Made by a program: the position numbers and the translations under genes
DNA from: Fimbriosthenelais zetlandica
Lineage: Eukaryota
NCBI GenBank assembly: GCA_977030845.1
Contig: OZ365111.1
Span: forward strand, 45,694,001 to 45,758,000
Direction: 5' to 3'
Length of the DNA stretch: 64,000 bases
The notes under the pieces: model-generated
Database searches by the model: none
What the model saw: only the letters and a program-made list of their open reading frames with translations
What the model was told of the DNA's origin: nothing
In this document: in pieces, positions 29,101 through 40,888 of the stretch
How positions within the stretch are numbered: the stretch's first letter is position 1
Layout: every line of letters starts with the position of its first letter

Positions 29101-32022
29101 ACAGGTATTTCTTTGGTAAAACTTGATGTGCAACTTTTATGGGTAGCATATTAGGGACTGTTGGCATTGGGTTTATTTGGGGTTGTGAGGCTCTTAAAGG
29201 TGCTAGTAGTATAGGGAAATGTACATTTTAAGATGGCGTCGAGGAGGTGAGAGGTATATGGAAATGTGACAATTACGCAGGCAACATTGGGATGGCTTCG
29301 TTAGGGTATAAGGAAATGATATATGAAGCAAGTTTGTGGGTGGTGAAAGCCATCATGTCTCATGAGACTTGTTTTTTTCCGCCCATGAAGAGGATTTATC
29401 GGAGAAATGGTTATGTGTGGAGCTATCAGAGGGAATTTGCTGTAAATATAGAGGTGAGAGGGTGCGATTACAACCCCTGGTTGGCCCACAAATTGGTCTA
29501 GACGAGATGCTAACCGTTTCCATGACTATAGACCTTTCACTGGTGTGATGATCTGTTACCATGGAGAGGCCCTTAGCAACGCAGGGAGTGGCTGCAGGAT
29601 AATACGTTTACAGCTATCTTCTCATCAGTGGCAAATTTGCGGCTAATTTATGAGCACTTAGCCCGGGAGGAAAGAAATAAGTCGTGGGACTTGGCGGCCC
29701 AGTGCTGGGGCTTTTCCTCCCAGAGAGGGCTGGCCTGGGGTCTGGGGGAACTACTAACAGGAGGCGTTGGTGAGAGCTAAGAAAGGCCCTCAGGTTTGAT
29801 CAGGTGTGCCCAGAGGTCATAAATATGCAGCCAGCGTCACTTTAGTGTCCAATAGGGGGCTGTCAGAACGCGCCTCTACTGGCGAACAAATACCAGTGGG
29901 CACTGAGGGGATTTTCTCTAATGGCCCCTGTCATTTAGGGTCCATCCCTTTAGGGGCCTCCTGGGAGCTTGGGGGCGGGTGGGCTGACTCTAGTTCCTCA
30001 AGAGGGCGCCCGACAAGGAATACAAATGTTCATTCTGGCATGGCTAGCTTCTTAAAGCACCTGTAGGAGTTACACATGGGCTGAGTGGAATGAATTTAAC
30101 ATGGCCACTTAGAGAAGCCTATCAAGTCATTTGTCTATGTTGTCCATTGTAGAATTATAAAACACTCTGAAATACCCTGTCCCGTTTTCCATTAAGTTGA
30201 CCTGGGGAATTAATATTTGGCTGAGTTAGAATCGAATGTTATTTCATTAAAAATGTAATGTATTGACTCGTTTTTCACCCGTAGATGAATCGCTTATGTA
30301 CATAAATCAGCTGAATCATCGCTCAATAGTAATGATCCAATTGAAAAAACGAGCACTTCGATCAGCCCCATTCTGAACAAATTATTCATGAATTCTTTTA
30401 TTGGTTTAGTACACTTTTTCCCTCTTGTTCCTTGGTAATCCACAGAGTTTTGTGGATTCATCGCAACATCTGTTGTGTCCTAGTGGACCGCAAGGCCCGT
30501 CATTCCACATGGATTTATGACAAATATTGACCATGATGGCGTGTGTGTTTTACATTAGAGTTTTACCCGCTCGCCTATTGAGCCAAGCATATCACTGCTC
30601 TCATTTTACCGGCCCTACGAATAAAGTAATGTTGAGTGAGAAAACAGCCCCGTCTCGCCGATCGATGCGACAAAACCAAGCTATGTGTAATGGCCAGGAA
30701 AATCAGACCCCCATTGTAGCCAGAGCAGGCGTGTGGATACTGTCAAATGTTGATTCAGGTAGGCGCTGGTTTGGTTTTGTTTGATGTGGTGTCCAAAGCA
30801 AGAGAAAATAATGCAGCTCGCATGATAGCCTTGTGGAGGCTAAATGGGTGACAGTGGTCTGGGCTGTTTGCCCAGCACTCCATGGTTGGTCGCGGTAATA
30901 TGATATAATGCAGGTAATAGGTTCGAATGGGGCAGGGCCACTAGACACCTTCGGATTGGCAGGCACTAATGGACTACCTGCATGCAAACGGACACCTCAT
31001 TTACATCCGATTGTTGTTCTCACTCCATGTGCCAGCATCAGAGAGCGCCGGTGAGGGAGAGAGGCCTGCTCAGAAATTGGCAGTGGCTTCCCATACTCAA
31101 GTTAAATACAGAAATCAAAATACAGCTTAGACCATGGAAAGACAAACACCGCCTTTCACTACTTTGGCTGTACTCATTCTAAGTCATTTATTCACATTAT
31201 GTGTATTCATTGTTAAAGGAAAAGAAGTCTTGCTTTCAAATGATATTTTAGGGTGTGACCTAAAGTTTGTATGTCACTTCCCGAAGTTGAAGGATTGGAA
31301 TGAGAGATACATACAAGGACAAAACATTTAGTGTGCAAATGTGTAGAACCGTAATGCATTAGTGAAAAACACAAACTTGTTTAACATCAGAGGCATTGCT
31401 GAAAACTGTTTAACTTAAATAATATTCTAGCGGTAAAATCCCATTTCGACATACTTAGGTTCTTTTTATCTTGTCTGAAGAGGGAGACTGCACTCAGTTC
31501 TTACTCTCTAATATACCTGAAAGCATGTTTAGGCAGATGTTTTCTGGAGCTGTTAGCTTTTAATAACGGACTTTTCAAGACTTTAAGTACAGCGCGAAGG
31601 CAGTCTGGAAACATAAGAAGTTTTCCTGCACAGCCAACACTCTCTAAGTATGTTTCTTTGATAAAACACATTATATGTGGAAGGTAATGGCCATAGTTCG
31701 AGGAAAAACAAAAACTTGGAAGACTCTATATGTATGACACTGACAGTATCGTCTTCTGATATCCCCCAGTCTCTAATAAAGAGGTTTCATCATTTACATC
31801 TACACATAATGTCAATTTTCATTTCTTCACTTCAAAAATCCATTTTACAACTTTATGAAGATAAATCGCACCTTTCACTTTTCACTGCGTATGTACACAA
31901 GACAAAAGTAAAAAGGTACAATGACTTTTAGAAAACTTGCGAAATTTAAAGAAATGGATGTCGCCGTTGAATGCTTGGATCCCCAAACTTGCTGACTAAT
32001 GGAAATAATAATATTATTCCAG

Positions 32023-32157
32023 ATGCAGTCCGGTCACCTGAAGGGCCACCTACATCCTCTAGAAGAAATCGTTGATAGAAAGCCTTCCCTTAGCCAACTT
32101 CAGCAGAACGGGCCAACCTGCCGTGACAGGACTATCTCCCACGATAGGGTCAAAGAG
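32023..32157 (+). CDS. AUTS2: Internal coding exon (135 nt, phase 0-0) of an AUTS2/FBRSL1/tay-family gene; probable equivalent of AUTS2 exon 3
   Basis: Acceptor ...gctgactaat...attattccAG after an AG-free stretch of about 69 nt; strong donor GAG|gtaagt. Only frame 0 is open (MQSGHLKGHLHPLEEIVDRKPSLSQLQQNGPTCRDRTISHDRVKE); the other two frames contain stops. The C-terminus RTISHDRVKE resembles AUTS2 RSSSRERLSD, and QNGPTCRD resembles QNSCRD (reference recalled from memory). The symbol denotes the family, not proven 1:1 orthology. Confidence 0.65.
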
Positions 32158-34529
32158 GTAAGTCCGTGTCATTTCCTAACCTCAGTTACTCTCATTAACA
32201 GGTCTGATTATTTTACAAACATAGCTTGTATCCAAAACAAAGTGGAACGTGCACTTGATTCAACTCACTCATCAGTATTAATTGTTTTCTTAGAACCTGT
32301 TACTTTCATTAGAACCACTTTTGTTCTTATGGTACTCGTGAATAAGTTGGTATATTTCCCAGCAATATAACAAGGTCAATCTCTGAGAATTGATTTAAGA
32401 AATGGAAAGGGAAAAGGCCTATATTTATTGCTCCTGTTGACAAGTATTCATCAGGTGTTAACGATGTCAGGTTATTTCTTTAAGAGTGTGACAGTATTCT
32501 GAATGTTAGGCCTGTTAGTACATAAACGAGTCTTTATTGCCAAAATGATGGCCCTATCATTCCATAAAAGCCCCGAGTCTCTCTGCCATCCACAGACATG
32601 TCATTTTCTTCAAAAGACTGCCTTGCTCTGTGTCCAAGGCATCCTCCCTTGTTGGGCTTCCACTGACACTGCAGCAATAACTCGGTAAAACATTGTGACA
32701 AAGGAGTTTGCAAGTTTGTCACTTTAACACGGTCCTACTGTCAGTGCTACTGACACAGGCCACGGACAACAAGGAAACTCACTTGAAGAGCAGGGACGGA
32801 CTCTTCTTAGGCTGTCAAGCGGATCCATGGATGCTATAGGAAGGTGTAATGGCTGGAGACAAAGCGAATCCTTGCCGAGCACGTGAACTGTCCAGATTGT
32901 CAGATGCAGTTTGGGTTGGTCTCCCTCCATGTGTCAGGTCGCAGACTATGATTATGCTACATAGGTTGGCAGCACTTTTGTGGTTATTGAGGTGCCACAC
33001 ACAAAACACTCCACCTCTTACTCTCCTTATCTCTAACCCAGTCTCTATAGAGCATCTCAATTTTCCTAATGGCTTGGCACCCTGTAACAAAGGAAATCAT
33101 CTGATATTTTAGCTTTTTGGGCTGTTCTTAGTCATAATGGTTACTGTTGAAGAGCATGGATTCTTTGTCCATGCAATTCAGTCTTCGATCAAGTTTTCTG
33201 AATTCATAGCATTTTTCTTTTCATCATTACTGATTGCAGTTTCTGTATTTCCATTTTGTGGTCTGTGTTCCATACAATGTCCTTTCACTGTTCGCAGCTT
33301 GCTGACTTAGTATATCGACAGTTATAACCTCCCTACCTTCACCTCCTTCCGCCAGTCTGAGGCGAGGAAACTGTCCTCCTCTCCTCCATTGATTGAGACT
33401 AGAGCTAATGGTAGTCACAGTAATCACAGGTATTGAAGAAAGCAGGCCCCGACAGACATACAGCGCGCACTTTACCTCTCATTCATCACTGCTTTATTTA
33501 CTTAACCGCCCCTATTGATCAGCAAAAACGGGGGAAGTGTACTTGGGCCGGAAGAGAGAGATCGGGTTCTGGCCAGCACTGCTTTAGCCTGTCTTGTCCG
33601 TCCGGTTGGCTCGCTTTCACTTTGGTGTCGGCAGTGGGATTTTGTGGTGGCGAGGCCTGACCGTGGCAGATTACTGATGACATTTCCTCCTTTATCGATC
33701 ACTGCAGCGCTGTGGGTCTGAGCATCCGAATCGAATGCCATTAGGCACTTGAATGCTTCTTATGCACTGGGAGCCTAGTCTCCACCCAGCCCACGTCCAC
33801 ATCTCCCCATCTCCTCGCGGTCAAAGGTCATGATCTCTCACCTCCTTCTGCCCAGCTCTGATGGCTAAAATGTCTGGGGGAGCTATGTCAGATTTGAGGC
33901 AGAATCATTCGTATTGAAAAATGGTTAGATTGATTAGGTTGGATAAATTGCTTCTCTTGCTCTCCTTTCACATTCGTCTCTCTCACAAATACGAAAGTGA
34001 AATTTCGTCCATGGGGAATATAATCCATTAGGGAATTCTATCAGAGAAAAGTTATGAGTTGCAGTCGATGGTTGTATTTCCAAATGTCAAAGGCGTCTGC
34101 TTTTATTTCAATATCAGTTGATAGTGTGGTGTCTTTCCTTTATTCTTGTAATGGATCGGTCTGATAGCTGATATGTGGGATATTTTTTAACACTTTATGA
34201 GAGATCAGCCACGGGATTGTCATTACTGACGTTTAGAGGATCTCTAAAAGCAGTAAGCAGGGCCTGCTCTAAGTCACAGGTCTCATTAATACAGGCCCAT
34301 TCAGTCTCCTAAACCCCTAGTGGCCACCAACTCCATTCATCGGGATCTTTCTGGATCATTATGGCCTTTTATTGTCCCCAGTCCAGATCCCTGCTTTCTC
34401 TGCAGCACCCTGCCAGTTGGATCCCCCACTTTCAGTATAGCAGATAAAGAAAGATGTTTGCATCGTGAAGTGGCATGACCTCTTTTCACCGGGACCTCGG
34501 GGCCACCTCTGGTTATGGCGAGCTTGGCT

Positions 34530-34539
34530 TGATTTATGG
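34530..34539 (+). promoter_or_regulatory. Hox-Pbx composite site
   Basis: TGATTTATGG inside a GC/CpG-richer block; an identical 10-mer lies at 63821-63830. Confidence 0.35.
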
Positions 34540-34918
34540 CCATGTTAGCGTTGTTGCGGCGTAATGTGGACCGTCAAGGCAGTTATCAGAGGCAGGTCGG
34601 CTGCTTGCCACCCCACCGCTGGGCGAGGGCGTGCAAAAGACCATAGCCATTCAGATCACACTTGGTTTGATTGATCCAACATCCGCCATTTGCGGCAATG
34701 ACAATACGAACCCGGACTAATGAATAGCAGATAGGGACGGTGGGCAGTGCCGCGTAAAATGAGACAGAATCGGGTGATCATTATCGCCCTAGCCGCCTGC
34801 TTCCGGTGGGAGGCAGTCCGCTGGGGGATGGGTGGTGAGAGGGGAGGCTGAAGACGGAGTGACTCAAGCCGATAACACATTTGCTCCCGAACAGTAGGCG
34901 AAAGAGATCACCCATGTT

Positions 34919-35081
34919 CACTGTACCGACACATGCAGCCGTAACTGCAGTTACATACGTACCAAGATGGCGGGAGGCAGGTTTCGCCGATTTGTATTTT
35001 CCTCGATTGTTGCCTAACAAACCTTTTTCTTAAAAATGTGAATCGACAGATCTCTTCGTTTTTGTCTTATCAAGGCATGGG
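34919..35081 (+). repeat. Left terminal inverted repeat (163 bp)
   Basis: Perfect inverted copy at 35982-36144; contains the palindrome GTAACTGCAGTTAC (34941-34954) and CAAGATGGCG (34963-34972). Confidence 0.97.
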
Positions 35082-35140
35082 TTGGTTCTAATCCACTTGT
35101 AAGGTTGTTAATTTCTTGTAATACGGAAAATAAATATCGT

Positions 35141-35889
35141 GAGGTACCACCATAACTGAACTGCCGATACCACCCTAACTGCACTATTAGATTTCAAAGG
35201 TACCACCATAACTGAGGCCAAAAAGGTACCACTGTAACTCATTTATTTCTGATAATGCCTCAATAGAAGTAGAGAGATCAATGGAGATCGAATTATAACG
35301 GCTATTAATCAGGATTACCGGGTACTAAGTTATCTACATTGCACTAAGTATAGCATAGGCTGACAAAGACAATGTATGAGCAGAAACAGGGGTAGAATTT
35401 TCCATTCTGGTGTAGTGTATGCCTACGGCCCTGCAGGGCAGGCAGTAAATATCAACTTTGTTTAAAGACACAAGCAATTATTATAGCCGCTGATATACAA
35501 CGGCCATTAGAATATTTTGGTCGGTACAAACGGCTATTTTTCTAACGATTCTTAAGAAAATTTATGAAAGAATTTGAGAGATGCAATAACTCTCCAGGAA
35601 GGATTAAAATGGTCGGCCCACAAAACTCGCATCGAAGCTTGGCTATGAAAAAGCCAGTTATGGTGGTACTGTTTATATCACGCTGAAAACACACCGCATG
35701 TCCACTGACAGCATTGTAACCAAGTTATCAGATATCACCTCCAGCTCATATTACCATAAACCCTCCAGAAGAACATTATTAACCTATCTGACACATTGAT
35801 ACAGCTTGTTATTGTCTAGAAACGTGTTTATATTGATAGAAAACCGTTACAGTTATGGTGGTACGCAGACAAAGTTAAGGTGGTACCTC
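35141..35889. mobile_element. Nested non-autonomous element (749 bp) with GAG...CTC ends and an apparent 4-bp TSD (Sola2-like)
   Basis: Left end GAGGTACCACCATAACT versus right end read inward GAGGTACCACCTTAACT (16/17), extending as an imperfect IR of about 41 bp. Flanks are TCGT (35137-35140) and TTGT (35890-35893), differing by one CpG-type C>T change. Confidence 0.62.
35143..35887. repeat. Subterminal motif array GTACCACCATAACT: four forward copies on the left, three inverted copies on the right
   Basis: Forward at 35143, 35166 (degenerate), 35199, 35225 (degenerate); reverse at 35655, 35850, 35873. Confidence 0.9.
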
Positions 35890-35981
35890 TTGTTTACACG
35901 AACCCAGTTACACACATACAGCCCATTTCTTTTCATGTAGATTTCACCATTATAGGACCTAAACGTACCCATCTAGTCACC

Positions 35982-36144
35982 CCCATGCCTTGATAAGACA
36001 AAAACGAAGAGATCTGTCGATTCACATTTTTAAGAAAAAGGTTTGTTAGGCAACAATCGAGGAAAATACAAATCGGCGAAACCTGCCTCCCGCCATCTTG
36101 GTACGTATGTAACTGCAGTTACGGCTGCATGTGTCGGTACAGTG
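35982..36144 (-). repeat. Right terminal inverted repeat (163 bp)
   Basis: Exact reverse complement of 34919-35081. Confidence 0.97.
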
Positions 36145-38089
36145 ATGTTCTGCATCAGGTGGTGGTGATCTTTTTACGCTCACTTCAACGCGTTGCCCTC
36201 ATGAATTTTGCATTCTCTTTTTTCCTGCTTTCAGCTCGATTGTTTGCTCAATCTTCACGTCCTCCATATTGCTTTTCCTATCTTCTAGGTCTTAGTCAAT
36301 CATGTTTTTTTTTCATTTTTATTATTTACATAAAGGAAATAGTAATCTCTTTCATACCAATAGACCAGGCATGCCTTCTTTTAGGTTATTAGCAGTGAAT
36401 GGTTAAGCCATCTCCTGTCTTTTAGAGCGACAACTATATCTACCGACCTCCATATTCTTGTCATGGACCTGGTGGGGAACTGATCAAGTGATTTGCTTAC
36501 ACGATTATGACGACCCATACGAGGCAGTAATGAATCGGTGATAAATTTAATAAATACCATTCACAGGAGAACACACAGTCATTGGGGCGCTTGATAAGGC
36601 ATCCGGGGTGGCACGATCATGGCTGGGCATTCGAATGAGGCCCAACAGAGGCTAGAGGGGGATTGGAGGCAGCCTTTACGTTTGTGTACTCGATGTCGAG
36701 TAAACACCACCTTGGACTGGTCGTATGCCTCTCATGGGCATACTTCATTCCACCACACACCGGCTTATGCAGGGTGGGATACTCGGCGAAAGGACAACCT
36801 TGTCGTGCTATGGGACCTCAGCCCTCTCCGATTCCTCATCAAATAGGAAGCCCAATGAATGCAGATTGCCTTGTATTAAGCCAAGCTCCATTTCCATTCT
36901 GATTCATCTCGTGATCCCCCAAGCCACCGGCATTTTATCCCCTTTCTTTGCACAGTTGCTCCCCCTGCCCGCTGGAAGAAATGGGGAGTGCGTAATATAT
37001 ATAGCAATGATATTCAATAGCGTTTCATATATATGAATACTGGTGGCCATGTTAGCACTTAAAGCCTCGGGGCCTGGCAGTATTGGTGGGTGATTTAAGG
37101 CAGTGGAAGGTCAGTACCTTAGGGAGTCATCCGAAATGGCAGCAGCAAGCAATGCTTGGCGTCTGAAGATTGTAAAAACGGTGCCACCAAAGCACTCTGA
37201 GGTGTCTCCGCTGTCAATTCACCATGATGTATGGTGGCTGGAAGCAGTGGGTAAGATAATTGAGGCGAGGCGCAATGTGCCGCACCGACACCCGTCTAGC
37301 GCCTCCGACTTGACACCACCTCCCTCAACACACGCCTCACTCCATATACTACTCACACCAATTATACACTGTACCTACCCATGTTTAGTCAAGGCCTTCA
37401 TAGCTTCAACATGGGAAGCCATTATAATTCTAGCTCTATACACATACTGGCATGAAGTATTATAAACATGCCCTCTAGACAACTGGGTGAACAGTAGACA
37501 TGGTCATTACATTTGGCAGGAAATGAATGTTCCTTTGTATGACCATGAATGGTAAGATAATATTTGAATGATTCATTGGCATTTAGAGGCAATGGGTGAT
37601 TATGATTGCTATTCATTTCGCTATTCATTTCTTTGGAAGGATTTTCTGTTTAAACGAAGTTTACATTTGAAAAATGTCAGTGAGTTAGGTGAGTGAATTT
37701 TGCTGTCTGTTTTTGTTGTTTGTTATAAGCGAAATTAATATACAAGACATTTTAAATGAGCTTTATCTGGCTTCTCCGTTTGAAATTTACAGTTGAAAGC
37801 TTGCATATTTGAAAGACTGAGAAAATTTGAGTTTGTATTTGAGTTAATTTGTTGTGTTGAATTCACTACCTTACTGAATGGTTACATTGAGAATGCCGAG
37901 GTGCTGCAGGTTGCTTCCATGAAGACTCCTAAACTCTGTTTTTCATCTAGCCGTCTTTACATCATGAAATACATTTATAATTGTTACATTCCTTTACACT
38001 TCCACATTCCTCGCGTAAAGTATTGCCTGTGCTTTTACAGAAGACTTTAATGAATAATATTCGTCTAATCGTGTTTCCTTTTGTTTCAG

Positions 38090-38125
38090 GGGATTAATAA
38101 TTCTAGTTCAGGCTCGAGCTACTTG
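38090..38125 (+). CDS. AUTS2: 36-nt microexon (phase 0-0), GINNSSSGSSYL; probable equivalent of AUTS2 exon 4
   Basis: Branch-like ctaat plus tract gtgtttccttttgtttcAG; donor TTG|gtaagt; in frame with both neighbouring exons. Same length (36 nt, 12 aa) and a similar Ser-rich segment ending in Y-hydrophobic as the recalled AUTS2 exon SSAPSSLGTGYF. Confidence 0.75.
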
Positions 38126-38149
38126 GTAAGTAGACAATATTCTGTTTAA

Positions 38150-40150
38150 ATCCATGCCATTGGCGGATTATTTAATCTGCTATCAGAGGAGGTAATCAGG
38201 GGTATTACCAAGCGATGCTTTTGTTTGCCATCTCCCCCCATCTCTCCACACACCCGCATGCATAATGAATCAAACACAAATATTTTTCACTGGAAAACCT
38301 AACCCATTGCTTGGAATTGCACTGTATTTAAAATCGGTCTAATTGCAAAGTATGTTGACTGAAAAGCGCTGGGAGACATAGTTACCCTTCAATACAAACT
38401 ACTCCCATTTGATCTGCGTACAGATTTGTCAGTTGAAAAAGGGGAAAAAGAGACGCTGTTGCTCTTGAAAATTATATTCCATTTTGAAGGAAATTCTTTA
38501 AGCTTTGAAGCAAACAATGGAGAGTTGGGAGAGGCTTTGATATTTGTTTCGGAGGGCATTAGCGATGTCCTTGGAGTGGAGGGAAAGAGATGATTATAAC
38601 GGAAGAGGAACCCGCGGGTGTTTACCTGTACCGGATGACATGACGAAACGCCCCCTGCAGGCATCGACAGACATCAGCTACACCCGCACCTAGCGGACAA
38701 CATTAAAGCCTAATCTGCCCCAGCACAAAACGCCACACATGAAAGCGCCGAAGCAAATTGAATGAATAAAGCAATTTATCTAATTTGCTGCTTATTTCAC
38801 TGTGAAATATAAGACTTTGCCCTATCCCTCAGACACTTCTCATTTGACTTGCCTGCCGTGTTGTGATAAAGCGGTGATTGGTCGAGTAAATGCTGGCGTC
38901 AGATAGATAAAGGAAAGAGATGGGAGATGGGTGTAAGGGAGGGAAGGGCTGAGAAAAATCAATACAATCTTACCACATATATAATGGAGTTTATCATAAG
39001 AAACTGTCGGATGTAATGGGTGTCTTACATAGTGTTTCAAACCAGTGTTATCTGGTCGTTTCACATTTTTCTATTCCTCATATTAAAACGTCTGCCTACT
39101 GAAATAAAACAGACTTTCCCATTGACTTATACCAATTGCTGATGTTGCAAGAAAGTTATGAATGTTTGACCCAGCAGAGTGAAACAAAATAATTGAGCTG
39201 TCAATTTGCCATTTAACAATCCCATATTTCAGAATCTCAGTTACTTCCCCGAAAAACCATATATTACCTATATTAAATCATCCTGAGCTTTGACAGATTC
39301 CAGGTGCGGCAAATTGACGACATGGATATTAATGGCGTTGTCGCTTTTAGGACATAAATAATTCAAATGTTTATTTGCCTCGGCTGAATGAAGAGGCATT
39401 AGTGAAGCCAGTGGTGAAGCCCGTCTAGTTTGGAAGCCACAACAGGCTTTTAGGCGTTTGTCGGGGATGGGGGAGGCGGCTGGTGCACGAGCCAGTTGGC
39501 TGGCGCTGTTCAGTGGCACTGGCCCAGAAATAACATGGCTAGTGCGAGGTGACAGCGATAAATTGGTTGAATCACCCGGGATCGAGGCCGAGGCGTAGGG
39601 GTGACTACACTTGTCACCTCGGATCTGGGAGGAGGGTGGGAGTGCCCCAGCATCCCTCGCTGGGATTAGGGTTAGAGATCGTAGCAGCATTGCAAGCCCC
39701 AGCAGACTGTTAACTGCCAGGCTAGAGTTATGAATAATAACAACCGTTTCTTCATTATCCACCCATGTCCCTCTGTGCTATTAACATGTTTTCCTTCCAT
39801 ATTACTAGCAGATCGCGAATGTTGTCATTGGCAAAAAGTTGGCGTTAGCAATAACAAGTTTGGCATGATGTATTTAAATGGAAATGAGTTGTAGACAGAT
39901 AGTCAAACATCAATATCCGCAGCGACAGGAGGCGTTGATGATTTAGTTGCCATGGTTACAGCAATCTAGCTGTGTTGCCTGGACACTTGCCGTCATGTGT
40001 GGTGGTATATGGAGTCTCCTCACAGGATGATGGATTAGCAGAAATGTAGATGGATAATCGCCATCATGTATCATCTGAATTTCTCACTTGGCGTCAGGTA
40101 ATCTGAGGGTGGGCGAGTGCTATGTATGCGCGCCGTCACTAATGGTTCAT
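38150..40150. promoter_or_regulatory. Enhancer/CNE-like blocks downstream of the 36-nt microexon
   Basis: Homeodomain sites, a forkhead-type TGTTTAT near 39369 and a near X-box GTTGCCATGGTTAC (39946-39959); inference only. Confidence 0.35.
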
Positions 40151-40874
40151 CAAACTTACTGTTGGTGAAAACTGTATATTTACAGTCCATATATGATTCC
40201 CTGTGCTTGATGTCATCAAGGCATCATAATTATTTATTTCAAAACAGATACCAAATTCATCCAAAGAAGCAGTTCATACCTTGATGGTCTGATGTTTCTG
40301 ATATAAATCGTTCACAAAGTACTTAATTTTATTTGCAAAATCAATAGTTATGTGGACAGATTTCATACACTCAGTTCTCAAAATAAAAGTAAATGGGAAG
40401 ATTATTTCTTCTAGTATAATATAAAGTTAGATAGGTGAATATTAGAAGCTTTTTATGTCTGGCTTCCTCTTCTTGGTATACAAATGGTAGCCAGGGGAGA
40501 ATGGTGTAATGAGTTCTGCCACACGTGCTCCAGCTTATCAGCTAGAATGAGTGATCCCAGGAAAGTAAAGAACAGGTAGCCTGATTGAGCTGGCCTCTGG
40601 GTTGACAGACCAACACCTACCTCATCGAGACAAGCACCAGAGCTAAGAGACCATCAACAAGAAGCCAATATGCAATCGACCCTCCTTGCTCGCTTGACAA
40701 GAGGGTTGCTAGCCTCCTGCTCGAGTCGCCCTCTCCAGAACTGTTCATAAACAGAGCAGGCCTTGTCCAACTCGGGTAGACCCACTTCTAGGGACTCTCC
40801 TAAGTTCCTCTCATTTCTAGGAGACCTAGAAGAGGCCCATTGAGCTGCCATAGAGACAGAGCTTCTGGAAGGTG

Positions 40875-40888
40875 GTTGCTATGGCAAC
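40875..40888. promoter_or_regulatory. RFX X-box
   Basis: GTTGCTATGGCAAC, a full-length match to the RFX consensus; flanking G and C extend the near-palindrome. Confidence 0.6.

Larger units (their letters stand above)
34919..36144. mobile_element. Non-autonomous TIR DNA transposon, 1,226 bp, CAC termini, 5-bp TSD (Transib/RAG-like signature; superfamily unconfirmed)
   Basis: Base-by-base check: 34919-35081 is the exact reverse complement of 35982-36144 (163/163). Termini are CACTGTACC...GGTACAGTG; ATGTT lies immediately outside both ends (34914-34918, 36145-36149); no internal ORF. Confidence 0.92.

Noticed and set aside
34919-36144. True V(D)J RSS pair
   Set aside because: Ends are symmetric and there is no nonamer at 12- or 23-bp spacing.
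39268-39762. Longest ORF in the track (164 aa, minus strand)
   Set aside because: No recognisable domain, Ser/Pro/Ala-rich, no clear splice context; it overlies enhancer-like sequence antisense to the inferred gene.
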